A DNA stretch of 64,000 nucleotides from Nitrospirota bacterium (GCA_963845245.1 CAWJRJ010000020.1:1-64000); one strand, 5' to 3'; shown: positions 1 through 9,971, counted from the stretch's first letter. Program-made: numbers and translations. The notes: generated by a model from the letters alone, not told the origin.

Positions 1-263
1 TCACAGTCGTACGCATAATGGACGCGTTCATCTACCTTGACAGCCCCAAGAAGTTCGAAGAGGACTTAAAGAAGATGGTCGGCACGAAAGTGGGCGATAT
101 CTGCGCCCAGGACGTCATAACCGTGGACGAGGATGCCTCGGTCTCCGAGATTGCATCCATCATGTCCGACAAGGGTATCCACCTGCTGCCGGTGATGAGG
201 GGCAAGAGCATCGTGGGCATCGTGGGCCGGGAGGACATGCTCAAGGCCGTTATCAAGGGCTGA
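1..263 (+). CDS. CBS-domain protein (5' partial)
   Basis: Frame open from the window edge; CBS motif DVITVDEDASVSEIASIMSDKGIHLLPVMRGKSIVGIVGREDML. Confidence 0.85.
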   Translation, partial: TVVRIMDAFIYLDSPKKFEEDLKKMVGTKVGDICAQDVITVDEDASVSEIASIMSDKGIHLLPVMRGKSIVGIVGREDMLKAVIKG

Positions 264-264
264 G

Positions 265-741
265 ATGGCCAGGGACCTTGAGATAGTCTCCGGCTCCCCT
301 GAAAAGACCAAAGAGACCGCGGCCGCCCTTGGCGCGCTGCTTGAGGCGGGGGACTACCTCTGCCTGCACGGCGACCTGGGCGCGGGCAAGACCACGTTCG
401 TGCAGGGGCTTGCGGACGGCCTGGGCGTGGAGGACGAGTATATCACCAGCCCGAGCTTCGCCCTTGTGAACCAGTATTCCGGCAGGCTGACGTTTTATCA
501 CATCGACCTCTACCGCCTGCGCGGGCCTGAGGACATGGATGCCATCGGGTTTGCCGAGTATCCGGGCAGTGGCGTGGCGGCGGTTGAGTGGCCGGAGAGG
601 GCGGGCGACAGCCTGCCCGCTGAGCGGCTGGACATATTTATCGAGTATGGCGGCGAGAGCGAGAGAAGGCTTGTCTTCCGCGCAACTGGCGAGAGGTACG
701 AGGCGCTTCTGGAGGGTCTATGCAACAACTGCCGAAGGTGA
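265..741 (+). CDS. tsaE: tRNA threonylcarbamoyladenosine biosynthesis ATPase TsaE
   Basis: GDLGAGKTTF P-loop, ITSPSF, YHIDLYRL, VEWPE. Confidence 0.95.
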   Translation: MARDLEIVSGSPEKTKETAAALGALLEAGDYLCLHGDLGAGKTTFVQGLADGLGVEDEYITSPSFALVNQYSGRLTFYHIDLYRLRGPEDMDAIGFAEYPGSGVAAVEWPERAGDSLPAERLDIFIEYGGESERRLVFRATGERYEALLEGLCNNCRR

Positions 742-1589
742 AGACCGTCGGGATAATCTGCAAGCACGACAAACCCGAGGCATGGGAGGCAGCAGCCGAG
801 CTTGCCGCATGGCTTGACGAGCGTGGTGTGGCCGCGCTTATGGACAGGAGCGCCGCGGCGCATGCGGGCCTGACGGGCACTCCCAAGGACGAGATACCGG
901 AAAAGGCCGACGTCGCGGTGGTGCTTGGCGGGGACGGCACTCTGCTCTCGGTGGCGAGGCTGGTCGGCCAGAAGGGCCTGCCCATCGTCGGGGTGAACCT
1001 CGGCACGCTTGGTTTCCTTACCACCGTCCCGCTGGAGCAGCTCTACCCCACCATGGAGACCGTCCTGAGCGGCCAGTACAAGGTGCAGGAGAGGATAATG
1101 CTGCTCGTCTCCATCAAGCGGGACGGCAAGACCATCGCCCAGCACCACGTCCTGAACGACTTTGTGATAAACAAGGGCGCACTCGCCCGTATAATAGACT
1201 TAGACACATACATCGACGGCGATTACCTTACGACCTTCAAGGCCGACGGGCTTATCGTATATACCCCGACCGGCTCCACCGGCTACTCTCTCTCGGCGGG
1301 TGGCCCGATAGTCCACCCGACGCTCAGCTGCGTGGGCATCACGCCCATCTGCCCGCATACCCTTACGAACAGGCCGCTCATCCTGCCGGACACGGCAATC
1401 TTTGAGATTATCATAAAATCCGAGACGGAGGACGTCTACCTCACCCTGGACGGGCAGGTGGGTTTCCTCCTGATGCCGAACGACGTGATAGAGGGCAAGG
1501 TGGCTGAGCAGAAGATGTACACCGTCATGAGCCCGCAGGAAGACTACTACTCCATGCTCCGTGAGAAGCTTAAGTGGGGCGAACGATGA
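720..1589 (+). CDS. nadK: NAD+ kinase
   Basis: GGDGT, NLGTLGFL, ND, DGLIVYTPTGSTGYSLSAGGP. Confidence 0.95.
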   Translation: MQQLPKVKTVGIICKHDKPEAWEAAAELAAWLDERGVAALMDRSAAAHAGLTGTPKDEIPEKADVAVVLGGDGTLLSVARLVGQKGLPIVGVNLGTLGFLTTVPLEQLYPTMETVLSGQYKVQERIMLLVSIKRDGKTIAQHHVLNDFVINKGALARIIDLDTYIDGDYLTTFKADGLIVYTPTGSTGYSLSAGGPIVHPTLSCVGITPICPHTLTNRPLILPDTAIFEIIIKSETEDVYLTLDGQVGFLLMPNDVIEGKVAEQKMYTVMSPQEDYYSMLREKLKWGER

Positions 1590-2275
1590 GCGTGCGCCCG
1601 ATACTTGCCGAATACCTCGAATACCTCCGCGACGCAGGCGTTACAGAGCAGTGGGGGCCGGGCGGCCCGTGCCTTACAAAACCAGAAAATCCTGCACTGG
1701 CCGATAGTCCGCTTATTCAGTTCAAAACCCTCGAAGAAGTCCGGGAATACCTGGGCGAATGCACCCGCTGCAAGCTTTCCTCCGGCAGGACGAACATCGT
1801 GTTCGGCGTCGGCAACCCGAATGCGAAGCTGGTCTTCGTGGGCGAGGGGCCGGGCAGGGACGAGGACTTACAGGGCGAGCCTTTCGTCGGCAGGGCCGGC
1901 CAGCTCCTGACCGACATCATCGAGAAGGGCATGAAGATAAAGCGCAGCGACGTATACATCGCAAACATCGTGAAATGCCGTCCGCCTGAGAACCGCGACC
2001 CGGAGCCGGACGAGATAGCTTCCTGCGAGCCGTTCCTGCGGTATCAGCTTTCGGTGATCAAGCCGAAGATAATATGCGCACTGGGCAAGTTCGCCGCCCA
2101 GACGCTTTTAAGGACGAATGCCCCGATATCCGCCATCCGGGGCAAGGTATTCGACTACGAAGGCATAAAACTCATACCGACCTTCCACCCGGCGTACCTC
2201 CTCAGGAACCCCGACGACAAGAAGCTGGTATGGGAAGACGTCAAGAAGATCATAGCCATATATAACGAGGATTAA
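1586..2275 (+). CDS. udg: Uracil-DNA glycosylase, family 4 (Fe-S)
   Basis: [40 protein letters not shown] overlaps the nadK stop (ATGA). Confidence 0.93.
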   Translation: MSVRPILAEYLEYLRDAGVTEQWGPGGPCLTKPENPALADSPLIQFKTLEEVREYLGECTRCKLSSGRTNIVFGVGNPNAKLVFVGEGPGRDEDLQGEPFVGRAGQLLTDIIEKGMKIKRSDVYIANIVKCRPPENRDPEPDEIASCEPFLRYQLSVIKPKIICALGKFAAQTLLRTNAPISAIRGKVFDYEGIKLIPTFHPAYLLRNPDDKKLVWEDVKKIIAIYNED

Positions 2276-2289
2276 GGTTTAATAATGTT

Positions 2290-2358
2290 GTCACCCCCGT
2301 GAAAACGGGGGTCCAGCGTCTTTCAAAGTCTCTGGATTCCCGCTTTCGCGGGAATGAC
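2290..2358. repeat. Inverted pair of REP-like palindromes (GTCA..CCCG-N-CGGG..TCCAG family)
   Basis: gtcacccccgtgaaaacgggggtccag (2290-2316) faces ctggattcccgctttcgcgggaatgac (2332-2358); third family member at 13889. Confidence 0.8.
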
Positions 2359-2393
2359 GGGCGGATTGGTTTATCCACTTTCCGGGAGGGCGG

Positions 2394-2886
2394 ATGAAAC
2401 GTCTGTGGGCGCCGTGGAGGATGGAGTACATACTGGGCGATAAGATCGCATGGGTGCGTGTTCTGCACCGAGCTGAAGGAAGACCACGACAGGAAGAACT
2501 ATATCCTCTACCGTGGGACGAAGGCCTTCGTCATAATGAACATCTACCCGTACAACAACGGCCACCTGATGGTCATCCCGTACAAGCACGTCGAGACGCT
2601 TGAAGAGCTGCCGGACTCCACCCTCAAGGAGATGATGGTGCTGACGAAGGAGTGCTGCACGATACTTCGCGAGGCGATGAGCCCGCAGGGCTTCAACGTC
2701 GGCGTGAACGTCGGCTCGGCGGCGGGCGCGGGGATAAAGGAGCACCTGCACATCCACATCGTCCCCAGGTGGAACGGCGACACCAACTTCATGTCCGTGA
2801 TGGACGACCTGAGGGTCATGCCCCAGCACCTGAAAGAGACGTTCGAGATCCTCGAAAAAGGCTTCAAACGCCTTAAAAAGAAGTAG
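2394..2886 (+). CDS. HIT-family hydrolase (Ap4A phosphorylase/FHIT-like); one +1 frameshift near 2449
   Basis: LWAPWRMEYI joined to CVFC..NIYPYNNGHLMVIPY..HLHIHIVPRW across two frames. Confidence 0.9.
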
Positions 2887-2893
2887 TTTAAGT

Positions 2894-2920
2894 GTCATTC
2901 TGAGCGCTGCCGAAGAATCC
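2894..2920 (+). repeat. REP-like element (GTCATTCTGAGC..GAAGAATC type)
   Basis: gtcattctgagcgctgccgaagaatcc just after the HIT stop; single copy in the window, recognised by family resemblance. Confidence 0.5.
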
Positions 2921-2955
2921 AACTTTGACTTTTGCTTCATAAATCAAGAAGGCAT

Positions 2956-2976
2956 GGTGCGCGGTGCACACCCTAC
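2956..2976 (-). repeat. GTAG-family REP palindrome
   Basis: Reverse strand reads GTAG-GGTGTG-caccg-CGCACC (GTAG foot plus imperfect hairpin). Confidence 0.6.
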
Positions 2977-3150
2977 CAGGCGTAAACGTGTCAGTGAACA
3001 TTAACTTAGAACTGATGACCAGGATAAATTAGATCATTTCTATCCTGGAATGGAAGTTACTGCAAAAAAAATAGTTAAATATCCGATAGAGTAGAGTTTT
3101 AGTCGGTTGAGGAGGTTGACACAAAGGATATTGGATTTATACCCGCTGAT

Positions 3151-3441
3151 TTGCGTCTAATAGAATTTGTCACGGAAAAAATGAGACAAGATAGGTTCAT
3201 GTATTACCTAAGTATATGGCACCGCGATAAATCTTCATATTTTATGTTTCGAGAGGGTCAAAAGGTTAAATTTAAACCAAGTTATATAACAACAGTATGG
3301 CATAAGGATGAGCCTTCATTTACTAAATTACGAAATGGTGAAATCTATACAATAAGTAAGATTATAAATCGGTGTTATCTATGGCTTGATGATGTTCCTT
3401 TAAGCATATATTGGAAAGACGTTGAAAAAATACATCAATAG
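3151..3441 (+). CDS. AT-rich hypothetical protein, possibly the 3' remnant of a longer decayed gene
   Basis: 96-aa ORF in an AT-rich patch; protein-like upstream fragments broken by stops at 3091-3102. Confidence 0.35.
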   Translation: MRLIEFVTEKMRQDRFMYYLSIWHRDKSSYFMFREGQKVKFKPSYITTVWHKDEPSFTKLRNGEIYTISKIINRCYLWLDDVPLSIYWKDVEKIHQ

Positions 3442-3466
3442 AAAGTAAGTAACCGGAGGTCACTGC

Positions 3467-6094
3467 TTGTCCGACGAGACGCCGCTGATGCGGCAGTACA
3501 ATGACATAAAAAAGAAATATCCCGGCTCGATTCTCTTCTTTCGGATGGGCGACTTCTACGAGATGTTCGGGGACGACGCGATCGTCGCCTCGAAGGTCCT
3601 GGAGATCACACTCACCACCCGCAACAAGAACCAGGATACCAAGATACCCCTTTGCGGCGTGCCCTACCATGCCGCGGACGGCTACATCGAGAAGCTGATA
3701 AAGAACGGCTTCAAGGTGGCGGTCTGCGAGCAGGTGGAGGACCCGCGTTCCGCAAAAGGTATCGTGAAGCGCGAGGTCATACGCGTCATCACCCCCGGCA
3801 CGCTCCTTGAAGACAACCTCCTGAGCGCCTCCGAGAACAACTTCCTGCTTGCAATGACGTCCCTCGCTCGGCGTGTCGGGCTCGCATTCGTGGATATCTC
3901 CACGGGTGAGTTTTATATATCCGAGCTTGCCGAGGAAGAGTCCGAACGGCTTGTGAACGACCTGGAGCGGGTGAACCCGAAAGAGGTCCTGCTGCCCAAA
4001 GGCGCGGCCGGGAAAGGGCAGGCCGCCATGGCCGCCGGACTGTTTGCCGGGCGTGTGAACTTCATCGACGACTGGGGCTTCGACCCGGACAACGGACGCC
4101 AGAAGCTCATAGACCATTTCGGCGTAGGCTCGCTTGAAGGCTTCGGCCTGGACGGTATGGACGCGGGCGTGGCGGCAGGCGGCGCGCTGTTCTCCTACCT
4201 CATGGAGACCCAGCCGCAGGCGCTTTCAAACATCAAAAGGGCGCGGGTATACAACTCAAGCTCCTTCATGGTGCTGGACGAAGCGACAAGGAAGAACCTC
4301 GAACTGCTTGAAAGCAGCTCCGGCAGGCGTGGAACGCTGCTCAACTGCATAGACGACACCGTTACCTCCATGGGTGCGCGGCGCATCAAGGCCTGGCTCG
4401 TGCACCCGCTTTTAAACCTTGAAGAGATAATATCCAGGCACGAGGCGGTGGAAGAGCTTGCCGAGAACTACAACATGCGCGAGCGTCTGCGCGAGAACCT
4501 CAAAGGCATATACGACCTTGAACGCCTCATGGCGCGCATCGCATCCGGCGTCGCTGGGCCTCGGGACATGGCCGCGCTGAAGAACTCGCTTGCCGCAATC
4601 CCTGTGGTGCGTGCAACGATAGCCGAGGCGGCTACGAAGCGGCTCAGTAGCCTCTATGAGGGGATCTCGGAGCACCCGGAGTTAAAGGACACCATAGACT
4701 GCGCCTTGGAAGACGACCCGCCGGTGAACCTGAAGGACGGCGGCGTGATAAAACCGGGGTTCTCGCACGAGCTTGACGAGCTTCGCGGCTACTGCACCGA
4801 GGGCAAGGGGCTGATCGCGCGCATCGAGGCCGAGGAACGCATCAAGACCGGGATCGACTCGCTCAAGATAAAATACAACAGGGTGTTCGGCTATTACATC
4901 GAGATAACCAGCCGGAACCTAGCAAGAGTGCCCGACTACTTCATCCGCAAGCAGACGCTGGTCAACGCCGAGCGGTACATCACCCCGGAGCTTAAGGACT
5001 ACGAAGAGAAGGTGCTTGGGGCCGAGGAGAAGATACTGGAGCTTGAGAACCGGCTGTTCGGGGAGCTTCGGGACGAGGCCGCGCGCTATGCGGCGGACGT
5101 GCAGAAGACGGCGGAGGCGCTCTCCGAGCTTGACGCGCTTGGTTCGCTCGCCGAGGTCGCCGTATCGCGCGGGTACTGTCAGGCCGCGATGGACGACGGC
5201 GACGTCATGGAGATAAGCGAGGGCCGCCACCCCGTAATCGAGGAGATCACGGGCCGCGACCGCTTCATCCCGAACGATACATACCTCGACCAGGAGGAGA
5301 ACAGGCTTATAATCATCACCGGGCCGAACATGGCCGGCAAGTCCACATACATGCGGCAGGTCGCGCTCATCTCGCTGATGGCGCAGATCGGCTCGTTCGT
5401 ACCCGCGAAGTCCGCACGCATCGGCATCGTGGACAGGATATTCACGAGGGTAGGGGCGTCGGACAACATCGCGCGCGGCCAGAGCACCTTCATGGTGGAG
5501 ATGAACGAGACTGCGAACATCCTCAATAACGCCACAGCCAGGAGCCTGATAATCCTGGACGAGATAGGGCGCGGCACGTCCACGTTCGACGGCCTCTCCA
5601 TCGCCTGGGCGGTCGCGGAGTACATACACGACAAGAAGAAGATAGGCGCGAAGACGCTGTTCGCCACGCATTACCACGAGCTGACGGACCTGGCGCGCGA
5701 GTACGAGGGCATAAAGAACTTCAACGTGGCCGTGCGGGAATGGAAGGACGAGGTCGTGTTCCTGCGCAAGATCGTGGAGGGGGGCGCGGACAAGAGCTAC
5801 GGCATACAGGTGGCGCGGCTCGCGGGCCTGCCGAAGGAAGTGCTGGAGCGCGCGAAGTACGTCCTGTCGAACCTTGAGAAGTCCAAGTACGACGAGGCCG
5901 GACAACCCTCTATTGCAAAGCCAGCAGACGGGGAAGGAAGCCCCGCCGATTTCCAGATGGACCTCTTCTTCGCCAAGAAGGAATATCTGCTGGCTGACGA
6001 ACTGGCATGCCTTGACCCGATGAACATGACGCCTATCGAGGCGCTAGCGAAACTCGGGGAACTGGTGGAGAAGGCGGCGAGGCTGAAAGAATAA
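3467..6094 (+). CDS. mutS: DNA mismatch repair protein MutS
   Basis: TPLMRQY, FRMGDFYEMF, TGPNMAGKSTYMRQ, STFMVEM, DEIGRGTST, SYGIQVA; TTG start after GGAGG. Confidence 0.98.
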   Translation: MSDETPLMRQYNDIKKKYPGSILFFRMGDFYEMFGDDAIVASKVLEITLTTRNKNQDTKIPLCGVPYHAADGYIEKLIKNGFKVAVCEQVEDPRSAKGIVKREVIRVITPGTLLEDNLLSASENNFLLAMTSLARRVGLAFVDISTGEFYISELAEEESERLVNDLERVNPKEVLLPKGAAGKGQAAMAAGLFAGRVNFIDDWGFDPDNGRQKLIDHFGVGSLEGFGLDGMDAGVAAGGALFSYLMETQPQALSNIKRARVYNSSSFMVLDEATRKNLELLESSSGRRGTLLNCIDDTVTSMGARRIKAWLVHPLLNLEEIISRHEAVEELAENYNMRERLRENLKGIYDLERLMARIASGVAGPRDMAALKNSLAAIPVVRATIAEAATKRLSSLYEGISEHPELKDTIDCALEDDPPVNLKDGGVIKPGFSHELDELRGYCTEGKGLIARIEAEERIKTGIDSLKIKYNRVFGYYIEITSRNLARVPDYFIRKQTLVNAERYITPELKDYEEKVLGAEEKILELENRLFGELRDEAARYAADVQKTAEALSELDALGSLAEVAVSRGYCQAAMDDGDVMEISEGRHPVIEEITGRDRFIPNDTYLDQEENRLIIITGPNMAGKSTYMRQVALISLMAQIGSFVPAKSARIGIVDRIFTRVGASDNIARGQSTFMVEMNETANILNNATARSLIILDEIGRGTSTFDGLSIAWAVAEYIHDKKKIGAKTLFATHYHELTDLAREYEGIKNFNVAVREWKDEVVFLRKIVEGGADKSYGIQVARLAGLPKEVLERAKYVLSNLEKSKYDEAGQPSIAKPADGEGSPADFQMDLFFAKKEYLLADELACLDPMNMTPIEALAKLGELVEKAARLKE

Positions 6095-6124
6095 TTTTCA
6101 AAGGACTCATCGAGGGCATTTAAT

Positions 6125-6523
6125 TTGAACAATATTATTGGTACCAAGCGTGGGGAAAAGCTTGCATTGATTTTTTCTCCGATTTTAGGTTTTCTATCTT
6201 TTGCACTGCCCGGTTTTTTTACCGGAGTTATCAAAATTTGGCAGATTGGTAGCTATGGAGCGTTAGCATTTTTAATAGGATGGGTAATACTGTTTATTTT
6301 GGGTTTTTTACTTGGTTATTTAGCTCCTCGCTTTTGGTGGCTTATTGGACTTTTCATGATTTTACCTTTCCCCGCTATTGAAGTATATGAATTAAGTATA
6401 AACCCAGATTATGACAACATTTGGCCCATTAGTTTTATTGTTTATGGAGTTTATGGCTTGTTAACTACTATCGGCCCATTTATTGGTAGTAGAGTTTCTC
6501 TCCGAGGCTTGGGGATGAGATAG
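6125..6523 (+). CDS. AT-rich hypothetical membrane protein (about 4 TM)
   Basis: 132 aa, hydrophobic segments, composition unlike its neighbours. Confidence 0.6.
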   Translation: MNNIIGTKRGEKLALIFSPILGFLSFALPGFFTGVIKIWQIGSYGALAFLIGWVILFILGFLLGYLAPRFWWLIGLFMILPFPAIEVYELSINPDYDNIWPISFIVYGVYGLLTTIGPFIGSRVSLRGLGMR

Positions 6524-6536
6524 TGCATAGAGTAGT

Positions 6537-6857
6537 GTGAAGAACATAATCGAGCGCGAAAAAGACTGTATCTCGAAGATGGTGCGGATATATTGCAGGG
6601 GGAACCACGGGACTCAAGGTGAGCTTTGCAATGACTGCCGTGAGCTTCTGGACTACGCGCTCATGCGCGTCTCAAAGTGCAAGTTCGGCGTGGAGAAGAC
6701 GGTTTGCGCCAGATGCCCGGTGCACTGCTACAAACCAAGCATGCGCGAGAAGGTAAAGGCCGTGATGCGTTACGCCGGGCCTCGGATGCTGTTGAAGCAT
6801 CCGGTGCATGCCTTGTGGCATATGCTGGATTCGCGCAAGAAACCGCAACAAAAATAA
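6537..6857 (+). CDS. YgbA-like (nitrous oxide-stimulated promoter family) Cys-rich protein
   Basis: MVRIYC..H..LCNDC..LLDYA..KC..KTVCARCPVHCYKP..VMRYAGPRML.HP. Confidence 0.88.
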   Translation: MKNIIEREKDCISKMVRIYCRGNHGTQGELCNDCRELLDYALMRVSKCKFGVEKTVCARCPVHCYKPSMREKVKAVMRYAGPRMLLKHPVHALWHMLDSRKKPQQK

Positions 6858-7774
6858 AAAAGCCTGCCATGTTTCGGCAGGCTTTTAAGTTTACCTCTGG
6901 TTCTACTATAAGCGGCGATGTCCTTCCGCTTGCCGGATATCCTTTGTCCCAGGAATTCCAACAGTTCTTTGTTGACGAGTTCGGCATGCGTCCAGTTAAG
7001 GCCGTGCGGGCCGCCATTTATAACCACCAGCTTGCTTCCCTTGATAAGTTCAGGCATACGCATTCCCGTGGCCTCGATAGGCAGTATCCGATCGGCGTCG
7101 CCGTGGATTATCAGCGTGGGCACATCGATCTGCATCAGGTCGTCCCGGAAGTCAGTCAACCATGCGTTGACGCAGTCCAGGGTGCCCTTGGGAGAGGCAA
7201 TAGCCGCCACGTTCCAGCTCAGCTTCACGGCATCCTCGCTAATCCTGTCGCCCATGAGGACGTCGGTGTTGTAGAAGTTTGAGAGGAAGCTTGAGATCAA
7301 AGCCGGACGGTCCGCGGCTATGGCCTTCTTGAAGCCGTCGAAGACACTGGCGTCAACGCCTTCCGGGTTTTCGGGAGTCTTCAGGAGGAACGGCGGGATC
7401 GCGGCCATGAAGACCGCCTTGCTCACCCGCTCGGTCCCGTAATTGCCGATATAGCGGGCAACTTCGCCGCCGCCCATCGAAAAGCCGACCAGTGTCATGT
7501 CGTGCAGGTCCAGCTTCATCACAATCTTTTGCAGGTCCTCGGCCAGGGTGTCGTAGTCGTAGCCCGACATCGGCTTGCTTGAATTGCCGAACCCCCTGCG
7601 GTCGTATGTTATGACCCGGTAACCGGAATTTACCAGGACCGGCACCTGTTTTTCCCAGGAAGACCCGTTCAGAGGCCAGCCGTGTATCAGCACGACGGGT
7701 TTGCCTTTGCCGTGGTCCTCGTAATACAGTTCTATGTTGTTAGAGTTCTCCTTACCAACATTGATGTAGTTCAT
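6770..7774 (-). CDS. Alpha/beta hydrolase, non-heme chloroperoxidase/perhydrolase family; true stop probably near 6905
   Basis: LIHGWPL, YDRRGFG, GFSMGGG, HGDAD, GPHG; the last ~45 aa run through the terminator into ygbA, suggesting an indel at the stop. Confidence 0.9.
   Translation of the reverse strand: MNYINVGKENSNNIELYYEDHGKGKPVVLIHGWPLNGSSWEKQVPVLVNSGYRVITYDRRGFGNSSKPMSGYDYDTLAEDLQKIVMKLDLHDMTLVGFSMGGGEVARYIGNYGTERVSKAVFMAAIPPFLLKTPENPEGVDASVFDGFKKAIAADRPALISSFLSNFYNTDVLMGDRISEDAVKLSWNVAAIASPKGTLDCVNAWLTDFRDDLMQIDVPTLIIHGDADRILPIEATGMRMPELIKGSKLVVINGGPHGLNWTHAELVNKELLEFLGQRISGKRKDIAAYSRTRGKLKSLPKHGRLFYFCCGFLRESSICHKACTGCFNSIRGPA
6851..6886. terminator. Bidirectional intrinsic terminator
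   Basis: A-run, agcctgcc-loop-ggcaggct, T-run between convergent genes. Confidence 0.8.
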
Positions 7775-7840
7775 TCGGGCATCTCCTTTGTGTTGAGTCT
7801 TTAATTATTTTGGTGATTTATACCTCTCTGGATACATCTA

Positions 7841-7868
7841 AATGTAACTCTAGCCAAGAATATGTCAA
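7841..7868 (-). promoter_or_regulatory. Sigma70-type promoter for the perhydrolase
   Basis: TTGACA-16-TACATT on the minus strand. Confidence 0.55.
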
Positions 7869-7875
7869 GTTCCTC

Positions 7876-7910
7876 AAAATAAAAAGCCTGCCGTTTATCG
7901 GCAGGCTTTT
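7876..7910. terminator. Intrinsic terminator, near-copy of 6851-6886
   Basis: aaaataaaaagcctgcc-gtttatc-ggcaggctttt just downstream of the 33-aa ORF. Confidence 0.8.
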
Positions 7911-7929
7911 GTGCTTTATTTTCTAATTT

Positions 7930-8031
7930 TTAAGTCTCTTCAAACAGCTTGAATGCTGTGTAAACTACAACCGCCACAGTCCCTAATCCTGCTAGTACCA
8001 ATCCGATGAAGAATACAGGGAAGAGTTCCAT
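7930..8031 (-). CDS. 33-aa single-pass membrane peptide (absent from the ORF track)
   Basis: MELFPVFFIGLVLAGLGTVAVVVYTAFKLFEET; AAAGGAGG SD, own promoter and terminator. Confidence 0.75.
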   Translation of the reverse strand: MELFPVFFIGLVLAGLGTVAVVVYTAFKLFEET

Positions 8032-8076
8032 AATGTACCTCCTTTGGTACAATCCCTTGTTTCACTTCTTGTATTT

Positions 8077-8105
8077 AATATACCACTCAGGATTGAAATT
8101 GTCAA
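8077..8105 (-). promoter_or_regulatory. Near-consensus sigma70 promoter of the 33-aa gene
   Basis: TTGACA-17-TATATT with extended TG. Confidence 0.7.
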
Positions 8106-8127
8106 ATCCTGATAGTGAGGGTCGTGA

Positions 8128-8673
8128 TTATTTGCGGCTAAATACTGTGGGGAGTGCCCCTTTATTTTCAAGGGCTTTCATTGCGGCATCTTTTATGTAG
8201 TCCTTGCCAAGGTCCTCTTTTCCGGTCATCTCCTCGATGTCTATCCTTATTACCGCCGTAAGCTTAAACTTGTCTTCTGGAAACGGCCCGAACCCGCCCT
8301 CGGGCTGATACTTGTCCATCAGGAGCTTCAGGCCGTGGATCCTCTCCGCCTCATCCTCAACGACTGTAGCGCGCCCATTTATGATAACACTCCGATACAG
8401 GTATTCAGCCCCGCAGGGGTTCTCTGCCGCCTTCACAAGCGCGATAGGGAGGTCGGCCTCGAAGCATACCCGGTTGTCTCTCGTTATGTCCTCAATCTTC
8501 TCGCCCTCGCGCGCGCTGTGGAAAAAGATGCGTCCGTCTGAGTATGCGAAGTTCAGCGGCTTCACCATCGGGTATCCGTCCAGCCCGTTCGTGCCGAGCC
8601 TGCCAACGTGACAGTCCGCGAGCAGCCTGATTATGACATCCCTGTCCTTGATCTCCTTCTTGCTCTGCCTCAT
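8128..8673 (-). CDS. Pyridoxamine 5'-phosphate oxidase-like/NimA-like flavin-binding protein
   Basis: VGRLG..GYPMVKPLNF..IFFHSAREGEK..VCFE..YRSVIING..MTGK. Confidence 0.85.
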   Translation of the reverse strand: MRQSKKEIKDRDVIIRLLADCHVGRLGTNGLDGYPMVKPLNFAYSDGRIFFHSAREGEKIEDITRDNRVCFEADLPIALVKAAENPCGAEYLYRSVIINGRATVVEDEAERIHGLKLLMDKYQPEGGFGPFPEDKFKLTAVIRIDIEEMTGKEDLGKDYIKDAAMKALENKGALPTVFSRK

Positions 8674-9518
8674 CGTCCACCCTTCCCGGCAAGCCTTAGT
8701 GCCACCGCCATGTTCCTTATGTCGTCCTCCGGCCCGCTCTTGGGGGTCTCCATCACGAACGGTATGTCACGAAGCATAGTGTGTCGCAGTATCCTTTTGA
8801 ATGAGTCCTCGCCCAGTTCGCCCAGGCCTATCTCCTCGTGGCGGTCCTTGTGGCTGCCCAGGGGATGCTTCGAATCGTTCAGATGGATGAGTTTTACTTT
8901 GTCAAAACCCAATGATTTATCGATGATAGATATTGTATCTTCAAGTCCCGCTTTATGTTTCAGGTCATAACCAGCGCCGTAACTGTGGCAGGTGTCGATT
9001 GTTACCCCCAGGCCTTCAATGCCTGACAGCCGGATTATTTCTGCGATGTCCTCAAATGAGCAGCCCACGTCGCCACGCTCACAGGCGGTGTTCTCAAGCA
9101 GGAGACGGCTTTTTGTTTTCAGGTCTTTAAAGACAAGTTTCAACCCGGACGCCACCCGCAAAAGCGACTCATTCTTGTCGATGCCCGACGCGCTCCCGAG
9201 GTGCGTTACGACATACTCCGCATCGATCTCATCCGCCCGCAGAAGCTCAGTCCTGAGTGCGTCCACGGACTTGTGGAACAGCTCATCGTTGGGGGACGCA
9301 AGGTTTATAAGATATGAGGTATGTACGAAAACGGGCGAGATGCCCGATTTGGCTCTGGCCCTTTTAAAAGCCTTGGCCTCATCGATTATAATTGGCGGGA
9401 AGTCCCATGCCCTGGGGCTGTGGGTGAATATCTGCATCGTGGTGCAGCCGACATCCAGGGCCCTTTGTATGGAAAGCGAGATGCCGCCCGCGATTGAGAC
9501 GTGGAAACCTATGCGCAT
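8670..9518 (-). CDS. nfo: Endonuclease IV
   Basis: GFHVSIAGG, QIFTHSPR, HTSYLINLAS, LLENTA, DTCH, HLNDSK, DRHE, METP. Confidence 0.96.
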   Translation of the reverse strand: MRIGFHVSIAGGISLSIQRALDVGCTTMQIFTHSPRAWDFPPIIIDEAKAFKRARAKSGISPVFVHTSYLINLASPNDELFHKSVDALRTELLRADEIDAEYVVTHLGSASGIDKNESLLRVASGLKLVFKDLKTKSRLLLENTACERGDVGCSFEDIAEIIRLSGIEGLGVTIDTCHSYGAGYDLKHKAGLEDTISIIDKSLGFDKVKLIHLNDSKHPLGSHKDRHEEIGLGELGEDSFKRILRHTMLRDIPFVMETPKSGPEDDIRNMAVALRLAGKGGR

Positions 9519-9971
9519 CTAGCCGTGCAGCATGCTGATAAGTTGTATCCTGGTTTCGCGCAGCCGTTCGGACACAAGCTCCGCTAGCTTCTCCATTATT
9601 ACGAAGCCCATGTGGCAGTCGCCTTCCATGAGGTCTCTTATCTTGGCGCGGCCAATGGTGACGAGTTTCGATGCGTTTATGCACCTGGCCGTTGCAGTGA
9701 ACTTGTATGGCTGCACAAGAGCCGACCACCCGAAGGCCTGGCCCGACCCGACCGAATGCACCACAGCGTCCCTGTGATGGCCCACCTCGAACTGGATGGC
9801 AATGTTCCCCTGAAGGAGTATGAAGAGGTTGTTCGCCTCCTCGTTCTCCTTGAATATGATGGAGCCCTTCGGAAGCTCGACAGTCTCGGCTATGCCGGTC
9901 AAAAGCTCAAGCTCTCTCTCGCTCAAGCCGTCAAAAATGTCAAGGTTTTTAAGAGTCTCAATGGGGACCAT
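9519..9971 (-). CDS. Stand-alone cyclic-nucleotide-binding domain protein
   Basis: IFKENEEANNLFILLQG, GQAFGWSAL, TATARC; no HTH. Confidence 0.85.
   Translation of the reverse strand: MVPIETLKNLDIFDGLSERELELLTGIAETVELPKGSIIFKENEEANNLFILLQGNIAIQFEVGHHRDAVVHSVGSGQAFGWSALVQPYKFTATARCINASKLVTIGRAKIRDLMEGDCHMGFVIMEKLAELVSERLRETRIQLISMLHG

Noticed and set aside
6770..6905. C-terminal extension of the perhydrolase overlapping ygbA
   Set aside because: It reads through a terminator; more likely an indel at the true stop
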